From Saccostrea cucullata (Eukaryota): a stretch of 64,000 nucleotides of DNA. Below the pieces are notes generated by a model. The model was not told the DNA's origin and did no database searches. It was given only the letters and a program-made list of their open reading frames with translations. The stretch covers positions 1 to 64,000 of the forward strand of contig NW_026937766.1 of the NCBI RefSeq assembly GCF_032062105.1, in the 5' to 3' direction. This document shows, piece after piece, positions 60,101-64,000 of this stretch (the stretch's first letter is position 1; every line of letters begins with the position of its first letter). A program made the position numbers and the translations under genes.

Positions 60101-62773
60101 GGGAGAGCTTTAACGAATGACATGACAGTGACAACCAAAACAGTCATTGAACACAAGAACTAGACTTCAACTATCACTTGGGCAAGAATAAAAGTAAAAC
60201 CATGTAAATATCGTAGTTTGGTTATAAAGAATGGAAAAGTAAAAAAAACAAAGATTCAAGATTGAAGGAGAGGCAAAACCAACCACAAAGTTTCAGCAGC
60301 ATCGGTTTATATATTTCTTGAACAAAGCTACAATTACCTCCAAAGTCAATTACTGGAGAATTTGAGGTGACAAAGGTGCAAGACAAAAAGGTCCGAAAGC
60401 AAAAGTAGAGATTAGGACGGGGAGAAAGTGGTCAGTAAAGAAAAATATTGAAGAAGAAGAATCCCGATTGAGATAAATGACATTGAGATAAGGCTGGCAA
60501 TATGAAGGCAAGGGCTTGATGGCACACCAACAGCAAAATGGGGGACTTCTTCAGTAGAAGAGAAGCGCAGTTTTGGTGCAATGGAGGAAGACTCAAGAAT
60601 GGTGGAAGCAGTTGGGATGAAGAAACAAAGCAGTTGGTTGAACTGAGAACATGCACGTCAAGTGAAGTTGGAATTAAATGATATTTGAAAATGGAACCAT
60701 TCAGGCTTCAGTTTAATCAAATCAATTTAATTTGTTCTTCCCACTCCAACTTATCTGATAACATGGGAGTAACAGATGATCTAAAGTGTGTCGTGTCCTT
60801 TGTGGTAAACAAGCAAACTTGGAGCACATACTCAGTATTATCAGCATGTTCAGAAGCTTTAAAAGATGGGAGATACACTTGGGGATGTGATAGAGTCCCA
60901 GCCAGTATAGCTGACACCTTGGAGAAGAGTATCAGAAAGCCAAAGAAGAACAAAGAGGGCCTGAGATTTGTCAACTTTGTGAAAGAGGGTGAAAAAGGAC
61001 AAAGTTTGTGTTGAAGGAAGCGGTCTGCTGGGGACAGCAACAGTTTGGCAAATGCAAGCAGACCTCAAGGAAAGATTGTGTAGTATTTCGATTTGAAATA
61101 ATAGCTACAGACAAGAAGCCTATACAATCATTTGGTTATTTGGCTACAAGACAGACAATTATTTTAGAATTAACAGTGTCATGGGTGGATAGGAGGGAAG
61201 ATATGTACGAGAGGAAAATTCTAAAGCATCAAGACCTTTTGAAGGATTGTCAACAGAATGGATGGAAGGTCTGGTTTTTTGCAGTGGAAGTGGGTTGTAG
61301 AGGATTCGTGGGGCAGCCATTGTGGAGGGCACTGAGAGCCATTGGCATAACGGGAGCAGAAAGTAGGAGATTGATAGGGAGTCTGTACATAGAGGCGGAA
61401 TCAGCGTCCATGTGGTCGTGCACAAAAAGAGCAGAGAAGTGGTAAGACAACAAACAGTGGTGAAATAGACAGTAAGGTAAAACAGCAGTGATGTAGAGCC
61501 GAGAAGTTCCTGCATGACAGGGACCTAATTACCCCAATCGGTGCACCTCTGGAGGCTGTAATGGACAGAACCAAAACAACTGATGAAGGAGGATCCACCC
61601 CAGGATTGAACCACGCACCTGCCCATCACTTAGATGTGTACACGTAAAGAAGTGAAAACTTACCACATCAGAACTTTGTTTTAGTTCTTTAGCAAGTTCT
61701 TTTCCATCTCTGTCATCTAAAAGCATAATTATTGTAGAATTATTAATTCGCTTTCTGCATAATTATGATGAATAATTATTACAAAGTAAATTTAAAAATA
61801 TTTGTTTTCACTACATAGTTTTTCTTCTTACTCTTTACTCAAATCATTACTTTTCTGTTAAAATAAATTACAGTTCAAACACTTATTTATAAAATTTATA
61901 TATTAAAAAACAAATCATTACTTTTCTAAAGGAACTATAAACATTAAAAAATCTTTGTTTTATATATTTATGTGATTTTGCAAAGGAAGAAGCACATGTA
62001 CAGACCTTATAATAATGCTTCACATGTGTAATCATTTACATTAGCTGAGAGGCTGAAGTGTAGAGGCGCAGTCAAAATAAGCGAACTTGATGTTTTACTT
62101 CCGTCATAAAATTTATATATTAAAAAACAAGGATATCTTATTCAAAAAGTTTAAAAATACAGTCATACTCAGTATTTTAAAGGAACTATAAACATTAAAA
62201 TGTATTTTATCTTTGTTTTATATATTTATGTGATTTTGCAAAGGAAGAAGCACAGACCTTGTAATAATGCTTCACATGTGTAATCATTTACATTAGCTGA
62301 GAGGCTGAAGTGTAGAGGCACAGTCAAAATAAGCGAACTTGATGTTTTACTTCCGTCATCTAAGAAGAAGTACAGTATCAAAGTCCGTGTGCTTTTCTCT
62401 GTTATTTGTAAGGGAATCCAAACCGGTGTATTCTGGGTATTCAGTTTTACCAAGACTTCTTTTTTGAAATGACGTGATGTAAAAATAACTCTCTTGTCAT
62501 AGACCTGTAGAAAAAGTTTATTTAAGAACGTTTAAAGAACATTTTAAGCTACAAAATTGGATGAGGGTGGGGGTGTCTCATTTATTTCAATCAAAGTGGA
62601 GTAACCTTTGTACTTTCTTTTAATTGATCATCTGCTAAAGTAATACAAGTGATTATTAAAAGCAATATCAATACACGATATATGAGAACAAGATTTAACG
62701 AATAAAGAAATCGATACTTTTTCTTTTAAAAAAACAAACTGAAAAACATATATCGTCTTACCGTACTTGCCAT
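57169..62773 (-). CDS. PHYHIP/PHYHIPL-like protein, copy 4 (intact, 499 aa); exons 62773-62762, 62504-62258, 61716-61664, 58537-58039, 57857-57169
   Basis: GT-AG introns, phases 0/1/0/1, 1500 nt with no stop. Motifs HLYRSKP, KNFGGDPSS..LHGLFFSAN..TG.PP..SYYG, LYFADFYCHY..HHVTLV, EVFYTE, CKICN. Confidence 0.88.
58700..61645 (+). mobile_element. Decayed non-LTR retrotransposon with restriction-like endonuclease (Hero/NeSL/R2 group) in intron 3 of copy 4
   Basis: Broken RT motifs (NGVPHKVYKNC, TISLLNVEG, WVDLVNAYGTVP, WQRLEVGIVTGC, NDMTVTT at the catalytic DD position), zinc-knuckle region (LSACSEALKDGRYTW) and RLE (ILELTVSW..YERKILKHQDL..AVEVGCRGF). Many stops; 5' end approximate. Confidence 0.85.
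61929..62107 (-). repeat. Local duplicate of the 3' part of copy-4 exon 2 and its donor site
   Basis: Nearly identical to 62179-62359, with a CATGTA insertion near 61995. Confidence 0.85.
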
Positions 62774-63840
62774 TTATGCTTCACAACAACTTTATCTCGA
62801 GACAGATCTTAATGGATCATGTTATTCAAACAATACACATATTTGACGCAACACGTACTACTTTAAAAAGTCAATATCCTGTCATATCTTATGTTGATTG
62901 GCTAACGCATGCGTTCAAGGAAGTTTTCTAATGTACCTGTGCATTTTAATATCATGTAGTGCGCATTCAAATCAACAAACATTTGCATGTATTTCCTCAG
63001 TTATCTGAAAAGAGAAATTAATATTTTACTTAAAGTTGATATAAACATGTGAGAAGAGGGTTTAATTATGTTTTAAAATTTGTTCTGAATTATTAGTAAC
63101 ATAGTAAAAAATGTTAAAAAGGAAAAGAAAAAGCGAAACTAACAGTAAATTTGTAAAATCATACTGAAATTCAAAAGAACAACTTTAATAAGATAAAAAT
63201 ATCTGTTGCAAAAGTAACGACATCGAATCGGTCAAAGCGACAGTCATGAACTGAATTAGCACTAGATGGCATTCAGAGCAACATTCGTGATCTGGATTGA
63301 CCATATATGGCATAAAAAGCAAAAGCAACATACAAAAGTAAATTCACTCCAGACGACATGCAACGCAACATGATTAACTAAACTGAAGCTTGAAGGCATA
63401 AAAAGCAAGAGTCATGCACTAAATTACGGCAGATGGCATAAAAGCAACCGTCATTTACTGAATTGATGCTATATATATAAGGCATAAAAAACGGGCTTTG
63501 GGATGGGAGGTTTAGAACTTTTAAGCCGTGAGCTGCTTGTCTGAGGAGACAGAACTGTTTTAGCAAGGTTTCTAGTTTGTTTGTTTTTTTTTTAATCAGT
63601 GCAGTTTCTAGCTTCATTATCAATGATGTAGGATTAACTCACAGGTACTTGTGGATAGGACCCCCCCCTCCTAAATATTCAACCCCGGGGCTTGTTGGAC
63701 ATTTTTTTCACAAATTATATTTATGACACTTATTTATCATAAGTACAATTGAAAAAAATCGTTAAAACCCCAAAATAATCGCTACACAAAAAATACCTCA
63801 CTATACATTATAAAAGTGAAGTTGTAGGCACTTCAAAAAA

Positions 63841-63978
63841 TTTCAAAATCTTACCAATAATTCCTATCAAATGAATTAAACGTTTCTCAAATTTTTTTAG
63901 TCAATTTGTATTAATTAATGTTTCAAAAAATCTTACCAATAATTCCTATCAAATGAATTAAACGTTTCTCAAATTTTT
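63841..63978. repeat. Two-copy direct repeat of ~55 bp
   Basis: aaatcttaccaataattcctatcaaatgaattaaacgtttctcaaattttt at ~63846 and ~63928. Confidence 0.85.
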
Positions 63979-64000
63979 AAATATTTTTCTACTCAAATTT

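Noticed and set aside
61547-61600. Hammerhead ribozyme at the retroelement 3' end (CTGATGA present)
   Set aside because: No intact GAAA core or three supporting stems could be built; at most a decayed remnant.

Overview
AT-rich, intron-containing animal genomic DNA. The repeats (Cg170-like satellite in HINE/Helentron-type elements, Penelope-like fragments, TACATGTA motifs) suggest a bivalve, probably an oyster (inference). Left half: an 859-aa multi-pass membrane protein of unknown family encoded in one coding exon (+), then OXSM (-, 5 exons, 426 aa) head-to-head with ANKFY1/rabankyrin-5 (+, 25 exons, 1155 aa). Right half (24-63 kb): a tandem minus-strand array of PHYHIP-like genes sharing one 5-exon plan, with two intact copies (425 and 499 aa), two pseudogenes and two ghost remnants. 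One pseudogene comes from a recent ~6 kb tandem duplication; the other has a Mutator-like element in exon 2. The conserved C-terminal domain has an aromatic-R / S / E motif order resembling R-S-E ADP-ribosyltransferases while the N-terminal exons diverge fast; this is the best candidate for an undescribed system, but it is a hypothesis. The window is rich in transposons, many with readable target-site duplications (TSDs). Exon boundaries were read by eye and checked for phase; homologies come from remembered motifs, not database searches.
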